Shown piece after piece: positions 49,175-58,871 of a stretch of 64,000 nucleotides of DNA (positions within the stretch are counted from its first letter, which is position 1; every line of letters begins with the position of its first letter). The translations under genes and the position numbers were made by a program. The notes under the pieces were generated by a model. The model was not told the origin of the DNA and did not search any database. It saw only the letters and a program-made list of their open reading frames with translations. Source of the stretch: Candidatus Kaftiobacterium secundum (lineage in GTDB: Bacteria > Sysuimicrobiota > Sysuimicrobiia > Sysuimicrobiales > Kaftiobacteriaceae); contig JAVKHY010000011.1 of the NCBI GenBank assembly GCA_031459765.1, positions 14,247 through 78,246 on the forward strand, read 5' to 3'.

Positions 49175-49941
49175 GCGGTTCCGTTCCCCAGGCGGTCGTC
49201 CTGCTGGGCGTGCCAGTGCACCCCGTGACGATGGACGAGGCCGTGGAGCGGGTGCACGCCCTGCTCCGCGGAGGGGGATCGCACTTGGTCGTCACCCTCA
49301 ACGCGCCCATGCTCGGCCGGGCGGCGCGCGACGAGGCGTACCGCCGGGTGGTCCAGGCCGCGGCCCTCGTCACCCCCGACGGGATGGGGACGCTGCTCGT
49401 GGGGCGGATCCTCGGCCGGCGGTTGCCGGAGCGGGTGGCCGGGGTGGACCTGGCCGACCGTCTCTGCGCCCTGTGCGCGCGGGAAGGATTCCGGGTCTTC
49501 TTCCTCGGCGCATCTCCCGGCGTCGCGGAGGCGGCGGCCGCCCGGCTGCGGGAGCGGCATCCCGGCCTCCCCGTCGCCGGCACGGCCCACGGGTACTTCT
49601 CTCCGGCGGAAGAACCGGGGATCGTGGACCGCATCAGGGCGGCGAGGACGGATCTCCTCCTGGTCGCGCTGGGCGCGCCGCGACAGGAGTTCTGGCTGGC
49701 CGCCCATCTGGCCCGCACGGGGGCCCGCGTGGGCATGGGGGTGGGCGGGACCTTCGACGTCTACGCCGGGCGGACCCGCCGCAGTCCGCCGTGGCTGCAG
49801 CGGGCGGGGCTGGAGTGGCTGGATCGGGCGCTGCGCGAGCCGCGGCGCTGGCCGGTGGCGGCGGGCATTCCCGGCGTGCTGTGGCTGGCCGTGAGAGCGC
49901 GCCTGGCCGAGCGCCTCCGCCTCAGGCGCGCTCCGGATTGA
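49171..49941 (+). CDS. GT26 WecG/TagA/CpsF-family glycosyltransferase
   Basis: VVTLNAPMLGRAARDEAYRRVVQAAALVTPDGMG...LGAPRQEFW is a WecG/TagA signature. Confidence 0.7.
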   Translation: MSGSVPQAVVLLGVPVHPVTMDEAVERVHALLRGGGSHLVVTLNAPMLGRAARDEAYRRVVQAAALVTPDGMGTLLVGRILGRRLPERVAGVDLADRLCALCAREGFRVFFLGASPGVAEAAAARLRERHPGLPVAGTAHGYFSPAEEPGIVDRIRAARTDLLLVALGAPRQEFWLAAHLARTGARVGMGVGGTFDVYAGRTRRSPPWLQRAGLEWLDRALREPRRWPVAAGIPGVLWLAVRARLAERLRLRRAPD

Positions 49942-50111
49942 AGATGCGGATGCGCTCAGTCTGCGCGGCACGGAGCAGTCCCCCCGCCGTCAACACGGCG
50001 GTCCCGGCTCGCCGCGGAGGCAGGGAGCCCGGGCAGAGCGGGTCGAACTCTTTTAGAGCCCGCGGTAGGACGCGGGCGCAGCGGGGAGGAGGTGGGAGGA
50101 CCAGCAAATCG

Positions 50112-50335
50112 GTGCCGCAGCGCCTGCCCCCTGGATTCGCACCCAGGGGTGACGAGGGAGGGGAACTCGAACCAGTCGGCGGGTGACCCTAGGCCCCGTT
50201 CCGGGTCTGCACCGGCCCCGGCGCCCGCCGGGGTCAAGGCGGCTCACAAACCCCGGAGGCAACTCCGGCCCAGAAGGCCGCCGGGAACAGGACAGATAGG
50301 CCGTCGTTTGCTGTCCGGCACGCCATCAGCGGACG
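50112..50335 (+). ncRNA. glmS_ribozyme: glmS ribozyme (GlcN6P-responsive self-cleaving riboswitch)
   Basis: The core AGCGCC...GACGAGGgAGGGGaacUCGAAccagUCGGCGGgugaCC matches the conserved glmS ribozyme core blocks. It lies in the 5' leader of glmS. Confidence 0.78.
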
Positions 50336-50384
50336 CGCGCAGTACCACATCGACGCCCCCTTCGGGGGACGTGGAGGTCTGTCC

Positions 50385-52223
50385 ATGTGCGGCATCATCG
50401 GCTATATCGGGCACCGGGACGCCCTGCCGATCCTGCTGGACGGCCTGCGGAAGCTGGAGTACCGCGGGTACGACTCGGCGGGAGTCGCGGTGCTGGGCAA
50501 CGGGCACATCGAGATCTGCAAGACGGCGGGCAAACTGGCCCGCCTGGCCGAACTGACGGCGGCCACCCACCTGTCCGGTTCCGTGGGCATCGGCCACACC
50601 CGGTGGGCGACCCACGGCCTGCCCACCGACCGGAACGCCCACCCCCACAGCGACTGCACCGGGTCGGTCGTCGTCATCCACAACGGGATCATCGAGAACT
50701 TCCTGCCCCTGCGGGAGGCGCTGCGGTCGCGCGGGCACACCTTCCGCTCCGACACGGACACGGAGGTCCTGGCCCACCTCATCGAGGAGGCGCTGGGGGC
50801 CCGGCCCGGGACGCCCCTCGAGGAGGCGGTGCGCGTGGCCGTGAGCCAGGCCCGGGGAGCCTACGCCATCGTCGTGATGTGCCGAGAGCAGCCCGACCGG
50901 ATCGTGGCCGTGCGGCAGATCAGCCCGCTCATCGTCGGGCTGGGACGCGGCGAGACGATCCTGGCCTCGGACATCCCGGCGCTGCTGGCCCACACCCGCG
51001 ACGTGCTGATCATCGAGGACGGCGAGCTGGCGGTGTTGACGCGCGGGGGCGCCACCGTCCAGACCCTGGCCGGCGCCCCGGTGCAGAAGTCCCCGATCCG
51101 CATCACCTGGGATGCCGCCATGGCGGAGAAGGGCGGCTACCCCCACTTCATGATCAAAGAGATCCACGAGCAACCGCGCGCCCTGCAGGAGACGATGATG
51201 GGCCGCCTGGACGCCGAGGGTCGGGTGGAACTGGACGGCGTGAGGTACACCGACGAGCAGATCCGGACGCTGCACAAGGTGTGGATCACGGCGTGCGGGA
51301 CAGCCTACCACGCGGGGCTGGTCGGCCGCTGGTGGATCGAGCACCTGGCGAAGGTGGCCGCGGAGCCGGAGCTGGCCAGCGAGCTGCGGTATCGCGATCC
51401 GCTCATCACCCCCCAGACCCTGACGGTGGCGATCAGCCAGTCCGGGGAGACGGCGGACACGCTGGCTGCGGTGCGCGAGGCGCGGGCCCGCGGGTCGCGG
51501 GTGCTGGCCGTGACCAACGTCGTGGGCAGCACGCTGGCCCGCGACGCCGACGACGTCCTCTACATCCGCGCCGGCCCGGAGATCGCCGTGGCCAGCAGCA
51601 AGGCCTACATCACCATGCTGGCCGCGCTGGCCATGCTGGCCCTCGACCTGGCGCTCCGCCGGGGGACGCTGACCTCCGACCAGGCCTCGGCGATCATCCG
51701 GGAGATGAAGGCGCTCCCGGCGCAGGCGCAGGAGGTGCTGAAGCGGGAGGGCCAGGTCCAGGCCCTGGCCGAGCGGCTGGCCTCCGCGGAGCACGTCTTC
51801 TTCATCGGCCGCGGACTGGACTACGCCGCGGCTATGGAGGGCTCCCTCAAGCTCAAGGAGATCTCCTACATACACTCAGAGGCCCTGGCCGCCGGCGAGC
51901 TGAAGCACGGCACCCTGGCCCTGGTGACGGAGGGCACGCCGGTGTTCGCCCTCGTCACCCAACGCCACGTCCACGAGAAGACGCTGTCCAACATCCAGGA
52001 GGTGAAGGCCCGGGGCGGCCACGTCATCGCCCTGGCCTACGACGACGACCGGGAGATCACCCGGTTCGCCGACGAGGCGCTGCGCATCCCGCCGACCGAC
52101 GACCTGCTGGCCCCGGTCCTGGCCATCATCCCCCTGCAGCTCTTCGCCTACCATGTGGCGCGCCTGCGGGGGAACGACATCGACCAGCCGCGAAATCTGG
52201 CCAAGAGCGTCACCGTGGAGTGA
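50385..52223 (+). CDS. glmS: Glutamine--fructose-6-phosphate aminotransferase
   Basis: MCGIIGYIG Ntn start. Two SIS domains. C-terminus ...KSVTVE. Confidence 0.9.
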   Translation: MCGIIGYIGHRDALPILLDGLRKLEYRGYDSAGVAVLGNGHIEICKTAGKLARLAELTAATHLSGSVGIGHTRWATHGLPTDRNAHPHSDCTGSVVVIHNGIIENFLPLREALRSRGHTFRSDTDTEVLAHLIEEALGARPGTPLEEAVRVAVSQARGAYAIVVMCREQPDRIVAVRQISPLIVGLGRGETILASDIPALLAHTRDVLIIEDGELAVLTRGGATVQTLAGAPVQKSPIRITWDAAMAEKGGYPHFMIKEIHEQPRALQETMMGRLDAEGRVELDGVRYTDEQIRTLHKVWITACGTAYHAGLVGRWWIEHLAKVAAEPELASELRYRDPLITPQTLTVAISQSGETADTLAAVREARARGSRVLAVTNVVGSTLARDADDVLYIRAGPEIAVASSKAYITMLAALAMLALDLALRRGTLTSDQASAIIREMKALPAQAQEVLKREGQVQALAERLASAEHVFFIGRGLDYAAAMEGSLKLKEISYIHSEALAAGELKHGTLALVTEGTPVFALVTQRHVHEKTLSNIQEVKARGGHVIALAYDDDREITRFADEALRIPPTDDLLAPVLAIIPLQLFAYHVARLRGNDIDQPRNLAKSVTVE

Positions 52224-52249
52224 GTCCGGGGAGAAGGGGAGACGGTCCG

Positions 52250-52413
52250 TGGCGATCGACGAGGAGCTGCTGAAGATCCTGGCCTGTCCGCTGGATAAGG
52301 CGCCGGTGGAGCTGCGGGGCGACCGCATCGTCTGCACCCAGTGCGGCCGGCGCTATCCGATCCGGGACGGCATCCCCATCATGCTGATCGACGAAGCGGA
52401 ACTGCCGGCCTGA
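52250..52413 (+). CDS. Trm112-like (DUF343/UPF0434) small protein
   Basis: LLKILACPLDKAPVEL...CTQCGRRYPIRDGIPIMLIDEA. Confidence 0.55.
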
Positions 52414-52427
52414 GGCCCCCAGCAGCG

Positions 52428-52817
52428 ATGGACGTCCGCGGCATCGGTGTGGACATCGTCGAGGTCGAGCGCATCGCCCGGGCGCTGGAGCGGTGGGGAG
52501 ACGCCTTCGTCTTTCGCCTCTTCACCCCGGGGGAGGACGTCCGTGCCCGCCATCCCCGCCTGCGCAGCCAGCGGCTGGCCGCCCGCTTTGCCGCCAAGGA
52601 AGCGGTGATGAAGGCGTTGGGCCTGGGCTGGCGCACCATGGCCTGGCACGAGATCGAAATCGTCCACGATCCGCTGGGCCGTCCCGCCGTACGCCTGCGG
52701 GGCGGGGCGGCCCGCGCGGCACAGCAGCAGGGCGTGGCGGCGGTCCACGTCACGCTCTCCCACACCCGCGCCCTGGCCCTGGCCGGGGCGGTGGCCCTGG
52801 GCGCCCCCTCCGCCTGA
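52428..52817 (+). CDS. acpS: Holo-ACP synthase
   Basis: GIGVDIVEVERIARAL...FAAKEAVMKALG. Confidence 0.8.
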   Translation: MDVRGIGVDIVEVERIARALERWGDAFVFRLFTPGEDVRARHPRLRSQRLAARFAAKEAVMKALGLGWRTMAWHEIEIVHDPLGRPAVRLRGGAARAAQQQGVAAVHVTLSHTRALALAGAVALGAPSA

Positions 52818-52952
52818 TTTCCACCGACCCCCGCCCGCGTACGCCTATTAACACAGCGGTGCCTTAGACTGATCGGGCGAATCAGGAGTTAGGCCGCCAG
52901 AGCGGTATCCGCAGAAATACACTTGCGGCCATACAGACGAAAGGAGGCGGTC

Positions 52953-53570
52953 ATGAAGGGTCCTCTGGCATTTCTCAGCCTTATAGCCACATTGATCTTT
53001 GGGGTCGCGGTCGTCGCCCTGCTCTTCATAGCACCCGATATCGATCCAATGCGCTCCGGCATAAGCTTCTATGCGCTGACCGGGTATGGCTTTCTCATCA
53101 GCGTTGCTCTCGCCCTGGTCGGCCTCTCCGGTCTCTTCCTCGCACTCGCCTTGTGGCCGAGCACTCGTACCCTCGCCGGGCGCATTGGGCTTGTGCTCCT
53201 CATGGCCTGGGGGATCACGTCCATCTTGGCTGGCGCGTTCCCCCTCGACGCGCCGGGGGCCGTCCCGACTCTCTACGGTTCCATTCATAACATGGCTGGT
53301 CTCAATTTCCTCCTGATCGCTCCTGCTGTCCTTCTCATCGAGCGAACCCGCTCACCGCACGTCGATCCCGCTCCGTCGCAGCCGATCACCTCCTGGCTGG
53401 CCTGGCTGGTTCTGATTGCGGCCATCCTTCTTTTCACTTTCCATGGCCCGCTCGCCTCGATTGGCATCGGCGGGCTCATTCAGAGGCTCTATTGGCTCGT
53501 CCTGGCTCTGTGGCTCCTTTTCAAGGCTCAGCATATTCTTCAAACAGCGGTGAAGGACGCTGTAGCTTGA
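52953..53570 (+). CDS. DUF998-like polytopic membrane protein in a low-GC islet
   Basis: AAAGGAGG SD. Six TM helices. Local GC is markedly below the window mean. Confidence 0.45.
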   Translation: MKGPLAFLSLIATLIFGVAVVALLFIAPDIDPMRSGISFYALTGYGFLISVALALVGLSGLFLALALWPSTRTLAGRIGLVLLMAWGITSILAGAFPLDAPGAVPTLYGSIHNMAGLNFLLIAPAVLLIERTRSPHVDPAPSQPITSWLAWLVLIAAILLFTFHGPLASIGIGGLIQRLYWLVLALWLLFKAQHILQTAVKDAVA

Positions 53571-53729
53571 TACGATGGCGGCCTCACGAGCGCATCCAGC
53601 CGACTCGCCTCCGCTTCGCGTCGGCGAGCGGCTGATGCGCCGCCGTTAGATGCTTCACCTGGAGCATCGGGAGTCATCGGCATGGTCAGACAAACCAGCG
53701 TATGAGAACGGCGGGAGTGATCGTAGGTG

Positions 53730-54236
53730 GCAGACAGGCCAGACGTGGTACCTGTTGTCAGGTCTGTCGAACTTCCTAACCAGGTCGGGCTTCCCTATGT
53801 GGAGCTGGGAGATTCCTCGGGTGTTCCCGTGGCACTTCTGCATGCCATCGCTGACTCCTGACGCTCCTTCGAACGAGTGCTGCCTCACCTGCCTGACTCC
53901 ATTCATGCCTTCGCTTTGACCCAAGGGGGCCACGGCGATGTGAGTCGCCCCGCGGAGGGCTATCGCCCCCACGATTTCGCGACGGACCTCGCAGCGTTCA
54001 TGGACGCCCTCCAGCTTGAAGCCGCCGTCATCTCGGGGGGTTCCAACGGCGGCATCGTCGCCCGGCGCTTTGCGATAGACTACCCCGAGCGTACCCTCGG
54101 GCTCGTGCTTTTGGGCTCGCCCGCCACCCTGCGGGACAAGCCGGGTGGCCGGATTGATAACGACGCTCCCCTTGGCGTTGGGACGATCATCCGCAAACGC
54201 AATAAACGCGGCGGAACGATCGTCGAGGGACGATGA
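53730..54236 (+). pseudogene. Alpha/beta-hydrolase remnant (in-frame TGA, truncated)
   Basis: YVELGDSSGVPVALLHAIADS-TGA-RSFERVLPHL...ISGGSNGGIVARRF...LVLLGSPAT. The homology continues across the stop. Both the N- and C-termini are decayed. Confidence 0.45.
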
Positions 54237-54367
54237 AGGTTATCGAGGTTAAGACCATCCGGGTGCTTGCCATGGACATACGAGACGGCCCCGCTGTCAT
54301 GTACGGAAGAACACCCTTTCTGAGCAGGAACCCGGCTGCCTGGGGCCGAATATGGTAATCGTTTTCC

Positions 54368-55432
54368 ATGGCTGCGACCATTCGGGACGTGGCGGCGCGC
54401 GCCGGGGTGTCCGTCGCCACCGTCTCGCGCGTCGTCAACCGCAGTCCGCACCGGGTGAGTGCCGCCACCCAGCGCCGCGTGCTGGCCGCCGTCCGGGCGC
54501 TGGGCTATGAGTCCAACCCCATCGCCCGCGGGCTGAAGAAGCGCAGCACCCGCACCGTCGCCCTCATCGTCCCCGACATCAGCAACCCCTTCTTTCCCGC
54601 CATCGCCCGGGGGATCGAGGACGTGGCCCGCGCCCGCGGCTACGCCGTGCTGCTGTGCAACACCTACGAGGACCTGGAGCGCGAGCGCGCCTACCTCGAG
54701 CTGCTGGCCCGGCGCATGGTGGACGGACTGGTCTTCGCCACGGTGGGGAGCAACACGCGCCACCTCCGGGCGCTAAGGCGTCAGGGCCGGCCGGTGGTGC
54801 TGGTGGCCCGCGACGTGGCCGGGGTGCGGATCGACTCGGTGCTGGTGGACAACTTCCGCGGGGAGTTCGAGGCCACCACCCACCTGCTCGGCCTCGGCCA
54901 CCGGCGCATCGCCCACATCACCGGCCCGCCGTCCCTGCACGTCGCCGCCGAGCGGCGGCGGGGCTACCTGGCGGCGCTGGAGGCGGCGGGCGTCCCGCGG
55001 TCCGAGGCCCTGGTGGTGGAGGGGAATTTCGCCGCGGACGGCGGGCGCCGGGCCGTGGAGCGGCTGCTGGCGCGGGGGGCGAAGTTCACCGCCGTGGTCG
55101 CCGCCAACGACCTGATGGCCATCGGCGCCATGGAGGCGCTGCGCCGGGCCGGCCGGCGCATTCCCCAGGATGTGGCCGTCGTCGGCTTCGACGACATCAC
55201 CTTCGCCTCGCTGGTCTGCCCCGCGCTGACGACGGTGGCGCAGCCCAAGTACCGCATGGGCCAGCTGGCGATGGAACGTCTGCTGGCCTTGATGGACGGG
55301 GCGGACGAGGGCGGCCGGCAGACGGTGTTGATTCCCCAGCTGGTGGTGCGCGACTCGTGCGGGGCGCATCTCGCCGTCGGCGCCGCGGACGGTCGCCGCG
55401 AATCGGTACGCCAAGGAGGGGGTGGAGGATGA
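54368..55432 (+). CDS. LacI-family transcriptional regulator
   Basis: HTH region ATIRDVAARAGVSVATVSRVVN. Periplasmic-binding-like sugar domain. Confidence 0.85.
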   Translation: MAATIRDVAARAGVSVATVSRVVNRSPHRVSAATQRRVLAAVRALGYESNPIARGLKKRSTRTVALIVPDISNPFFPAIARGIEDVARARGYAVLLCNTYEDLERERAYLELLARRMVDGLVFATVGSNTRHLRALRRQGRPVVLVARDVAGVRIDSVLVDNFRGEFEATTHLLGLGHRRIAHITGPPSLHVAAERRRGYLAALEAAGVPRSEALVVEGNFAADGGRRAVERLLARGAKFTAVVAANDLMAIGAMEALRRAGRRIPQDVAVVGFDDITFASLVCPALTTVAQPKYRMGQLAMERLLALMDGADEGGRQTVLIPQLVVRDSCGAHLAVGAADGRRESVRQGGGGG

Positions 55433-56598
55433 GAGGGCTCGTGCTGGCGGCGGAGTGGGATCCCCGGCCGGACTACCGGGTGTCGGAGTGGGAACGGCGG
55501 ACGGGCAAGGCCGTGACCGGCAGCAGCGTCTGGCGCTCGCCGCGGCTGTCCCTGGAGTCGATCGCCGAGCCCCGGCCGGGACCGGGCGAAGTGCTGATCC
55601 GTCCCCGGGCCTGCGGAGTCTGCGGCTCGGACGTGCACTTCTACGAGACCGATGCCGACGGGTACATGCTGTACCCGGGACTCACCAAGTTCCCGGTGGT
55701 GATCGGCCACGAGTTCAGCGGCGAGGTGGTGGAGGTCGGCCGCGACGTCACCGACCTCAAGCCCGGCGACATGGTCACCGCCGAGGAGATGATCTGGTGC
55801 GGGGAGTGCACCCCGTGCCGCAACGGCTACCCCAACCAGTGCCTGCGCCTGGAAGAGATCGGCTTCACCATCAACGGCGCCCAGGCCGACTACATCGCCA
55901 TCGGCGCCAAGTACTGCTGGAAGATCGACGCCCTGGCGGAGCGCTACGGGTCCAGGGAGAAGGCCTACGAGGCCGGCGCGCTGTGCGAGCCCACCAGCGT
56001 CAGCTACAACGCGATGTTCACGCGCGCCGAGGGGTTCAAGCCCGGCGGGCACGTCGTCGTCTTCGGCACCGGCCCCATCGGCTTCGCCGCCATCGCCCTG
56101 GCCCGGGCCGCCGGCGCGGCGAAGATCATCGCCTTCGAAGTAAGCCCGGTGCGCCAGGAGCTGGCCCGCAAGGTGGGCGCCGATGTCGTGCTCGATCCGG
56201 TGGCCCTGGAGCGCCAGGGAACCGCGCCGCGCCAGGCCATCATGGAGCTCACCGACGGCGAGGGCGCGGCGATGCTGGTCGAGGCCGCCGGCGCGCCGCC
56301 CAGGACCATCCCCGAGATGGAGGCGGCGATGGCGGTGGGCGGCAAGATCGTCATGATCGGCCGGGCCAGCGAGCGGGCCCCGGTCTACCTGGAGCACTTC
56401 CAGACCCACGCCGCGCAGATTTACGGCGCCCAGGGGCACTCCGGCTACGGCAACTTCCCCAACGTCATCCGCCTCATGGCCAGCGGCCGCATCGACCTGA
56501 CGCCGATCATCACCAGCCGGTTCACCCTGGACCAGGGCGTGGAGGCGATCAAGAAAGCCACCAGGCGCGAGGACGGCAAGATCATGATCCGGGCCTGA
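55429..56598 (+). CDS. Zinc-dependent polyol/sugar dehydrogenase (MDR family)
   Basis: CGVCGSDVHFY...GHEFSGEV...CGECTPCRNG zinc sites. Rossmann motif VFGTGPIGFAA. Confidence 0.75.
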   Translation: MRGLVLAAEWDPRPDYRVSEWERRTGKAVTGSSVWRSPRLSLESIAEPRPGPGEVLIRPRACGVCGSDVHFYETDADGYMLYPGLTKFPVVIGHEFSGEVVEVGRDVTDLKPGDMVTAEEMIWCGECTPCRNGYPNQCLRLEEIGFTINGAQADYIAIGAKYCWKIDALAERYGSREKAYEAGALCEPTSVSYNAMFTRAEGFKPGGHVVVFGTGPIGFAAIALARAAGAAKIIAFEVSPVRQELARKVGADVVLDPVALERQGTAPRQAIMELTDGEGAAMLVEAAGAPPRTIPEMEAAMAVGGKIVMIGRASERAPVYLEHFQTHAAQIYGAQGHSGYGNFPNVIRLMASGRIDLTPIITSRFTLDQGVEAIKKATRREDGKIMIRA

Positions 56599-56662
56599 GG
56601 GCCGTCGCGCGCCCCAGGGAGGTGAGACGACGGGCAGCACCATTCCAGGAAGGAGGGAGAGC

Positions 56663-57961
56663 ATGAGAAGACGCTGGTGGATCTGGCCCGTGATCGCGGT
56701 CCTCCTGGTCACTTCGGGCGCCCTGGCCGCCCCCGGGCTCCCCGCCAAGCCGGCCAAGCTCACCATGGCCGTCGTCGCGGGGGGCGAGACCAAGGGACTC
56801 AAGGCCATCCTGCCCCTGTGGGAGAAGGAGATGGGGGTCAAGATCGATCTCGTCGAGTTCCCCTATCCCACGCTGTACGAGAAACTGGTCACGGCGTTCC
56901 AGGCCAACGCCCCGACCTTTGACCTGCTCATCGCCGACGATCCCTGGATGCCCAAGTTCGGCAGCGAAGGATGGCTCGTCCCGCTGGACTCGACCTTCGG
57001 CTACCGGCGGGATGCCGACATCTTCCCGGTGGTCTATGATCTGGGTTCCTGGCCGCCGCCGCGCGGTCCGATTCCCCCGGGCGAGGCCGGCAAGCCGCGA
57101 CGCCTGTACGCCATCACCCTGGTGGGGAACGTGGAGTTCTTCATGTACCGCAAGGATCTGGTCTCCGCGCCCAGGACCTGGGACGATGTCGTGGCCAACG
57201 CCCGGAAGGTGCACGACCCCCGCAAACCCCTGTACGGGTTTGTCATCCGCGGCGCGAAAGGCAACCCCGTCATCTCCGAGTTCACCCCGGTGCTCCTCTC
57301 CTTCGGCGCCCGGATCTTCGACAACAACTGGCGGGTCGTCCTCAACTCCAAGCAGGCCGTCGACGCCCTGACCTTCTTCGCCAAGACGCTCAAGCAGTAC
57401 GCGCCGCCGGGCGTGGAGAACTATGACGCCGCCGAGCGGGCCCGCGAGGTAGCCACGGGCCGCGCGGCCCAGGGGTTCATCTGGCCGGCCGAGATCACCG
57501 ACATCGTGGAGAACCCCTCGGTGTCTAAAGTCGTCGGCAAGATGGGCTACACCCTGGCCCCGGCCGGGCCGGGCGGCAAGCACGCCCCCTTGATGGGCAA
57601 CTGGCTGCTGGCCATCCCCAAGGGCAGCCGGAACCAGCGCTGGGCCTACGAGTTCATCCTGTGGGCGACGAGCGCCCGGATCCAGCAGCCCTATGCCCTG
57701 GGCGGCGGCATCCCGTTCCGCAAGTCGGTCCTGATGAACGCGGAGATGAACAAGAAGTTCCCCTTCTTCCGCGCCATGGCCGACTCGCTCAACGCTCCCG
57801 CGGAGTGGCGACCGCGCACCCAGGAGTGGTTTGCGGTGGAGGCCATCCTGGGGACGCACGTGAATGCGGCGCTGGCCGGACTGGAGACGCCGGAGGAGGC
57901 GATCACCAAGGCGGCCCGCGAGATCGAATCGCATATGAAGGAGGCCGGGTACTATCGGTGA
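56663..57961 (+). CDS. ABC transporter substrate-binding protein (carbohydrate, family 1)
   Basis: Signal peptide. Sugar-SBP fold consistent with the gene context. Confidence 0.8.
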   Translation: MRRRWWIWPVIAVLLVTSGALAAPGLPAKPAKLTMAVVAGGETKGLKAILPLWEKEMGVKIDLVEFPYPTLYEKLVTAFQANAPTFDLLIADDPWMPKFGSEGWLVPLDSTFGYRRDADIFPVVYDLGSWPPPRGPIPPGEAGKPRRLYAITLVGNVEFFMYRKDLVSAPRTWDDVVANARKVHDPRKPLYGFVIRGAKGNPVISEFTPVLLSFGARIFDNNWRVVLNSKQAVDALTFFAKTLKQYAPPGVENYDAAERAREVATGRAAQGFIWPAEITDIVENPSVSKVVGKMGYTLAPAGPGGKHAPLMGNWLLAIPKGSRNQRWAYEFILWATSARIQQPYALGGGIPFRKSVLMNAEMNKKFPFFRAMADSLNAPAEWRPRTQEWFAVEAILGTHVNAALAGLETPEEAITKAAREIESHMKEAGYYR

Positions 57962-58871
57962 GGCGTCGGCCCGGGAGCTGAGGGCTCCCGGGCCCTTCTT
58001 TCCCCGTCTGGGTCGCCGGGCCGGCCCGTACCTGCTGGTGACCCCGCCCGTGCTGTTGCTGGGCGCCCTGGTGGCCTATCCGCTCCTGTACAATGTCTCG
58101 CTGGCCTTCCGCAACTACCGGACCGGGGAGTTCGTGGGGGTCCACAACTTCGCCCGGGCCTTCGCCGACCCGGCGTTCTTCGCCTCGCTGCGCGCCACGG
58201 CGATCTACGTGACTGCGGCGCTGGCCGTGGAGATCGGGCTGGGCCTGGCCCTGGCCCTGCTGGTGCACCGGACGATCCGCAGCGGCTGGGCGCGCACGCT
58301 GATCTACCTGCTCTTCATCGTCCCGATGGTCACCCCGCCCGTGGCCGCCGGGGTGATCGCCCGGCTGATCTACACGCCGACCTACGGGGTGCTCAACGCG
58401 GTCCTGCGCGCCCTGGGGGGAGCGGGCGACACCTTGTGGCTCTCGCGCGGGGATACGGCGATGTTCGCCGTGGTCAGCGTGGACGTCTGGCAGTGGATGC
58501 CCTTCGTCTTTCTGGTCTGTTTCGCCGGGCTGCAATCGGTGCCTCAGGACGCGGTCGAAGCGGCGCTCGTGGACGGCGCGGGCGGATGGCAGCTGTTCCG
58601 ACTGATCGAGTTCCCCTACCTCTCCTCGTTGCTGCTGCTGGTCCTGATCTTCCGCTTCACCGACACCTTCCGCGTTTTCGACCACGTCCTGGTGCTCACC
58701 GGAGGCGGGCCGGGGGCGACCACAGAGTTCCTCAGCGTCTACCTGTACCGCATTGCCTTCAAGTTCTTCAACCTGAGCTATGCCGCGGCGCTCTCGCTGT
58801 TCGTGCTCATCGTCGCCTCGGCGGCCTTTGCCGTGCTGGGACGGTTCCTGGGGCGGGAGGTCGCCCAGTGA
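57957..58871 (+). CDS. ABC sugar permease (MalF/UgpA-like)
   Basis: EAA-loop region. Six TM. GTG start overlaps the SBP stop (GTGA). Confidence 0.8.
   Translation, partial: GEASARELRAPGPFFPRLGRRAGPYLLVTPPVLLLGALVAYPLLYNVSLAFRNYRTGEFVGVHNFARAFADPAFFASLRATAIYVTAALAVEIGLGLALALLVHRTIRSGWARTLIYLLFIVPMVTPPVAAGVIARLIYTPTYGVLNAVLRALGGAGDTLWLSRGDTAMFAVVSVDVWQWMPFVFLVCFAGLQSVPQDAVEAALVDGAGGWQLFRLIEFPYLSSLLLLVLIFRFTDTFRVFDHVLVLTGGGPGATTEFLSVYLYRIAFKFFNLSYAAALSLFVLIVASAAFAVLGRFLGREVAQ

Noticed and set aside
49950-50110. Possible tRNA or other structured RNA between tagA-like and the glmS ribozyme (gggtcgaactc resembles a T-loop)
   Set aside because: No cloverleaf could be folded. The GTTCGAATC consensus and acceptor-stem complementarity are absent. 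More likely this is promoter/leader sequence with incidental hairpins.
53852-53854. In-frame TGA in the alpha/beta hydrolase as a selenocysteine codon
   Set aside because: No SECIS-like stem-loop follows it. The residue position aligns to a non-catalytic loop. The gene is also truncated at both ends, so pseudogene is the simpler reading.
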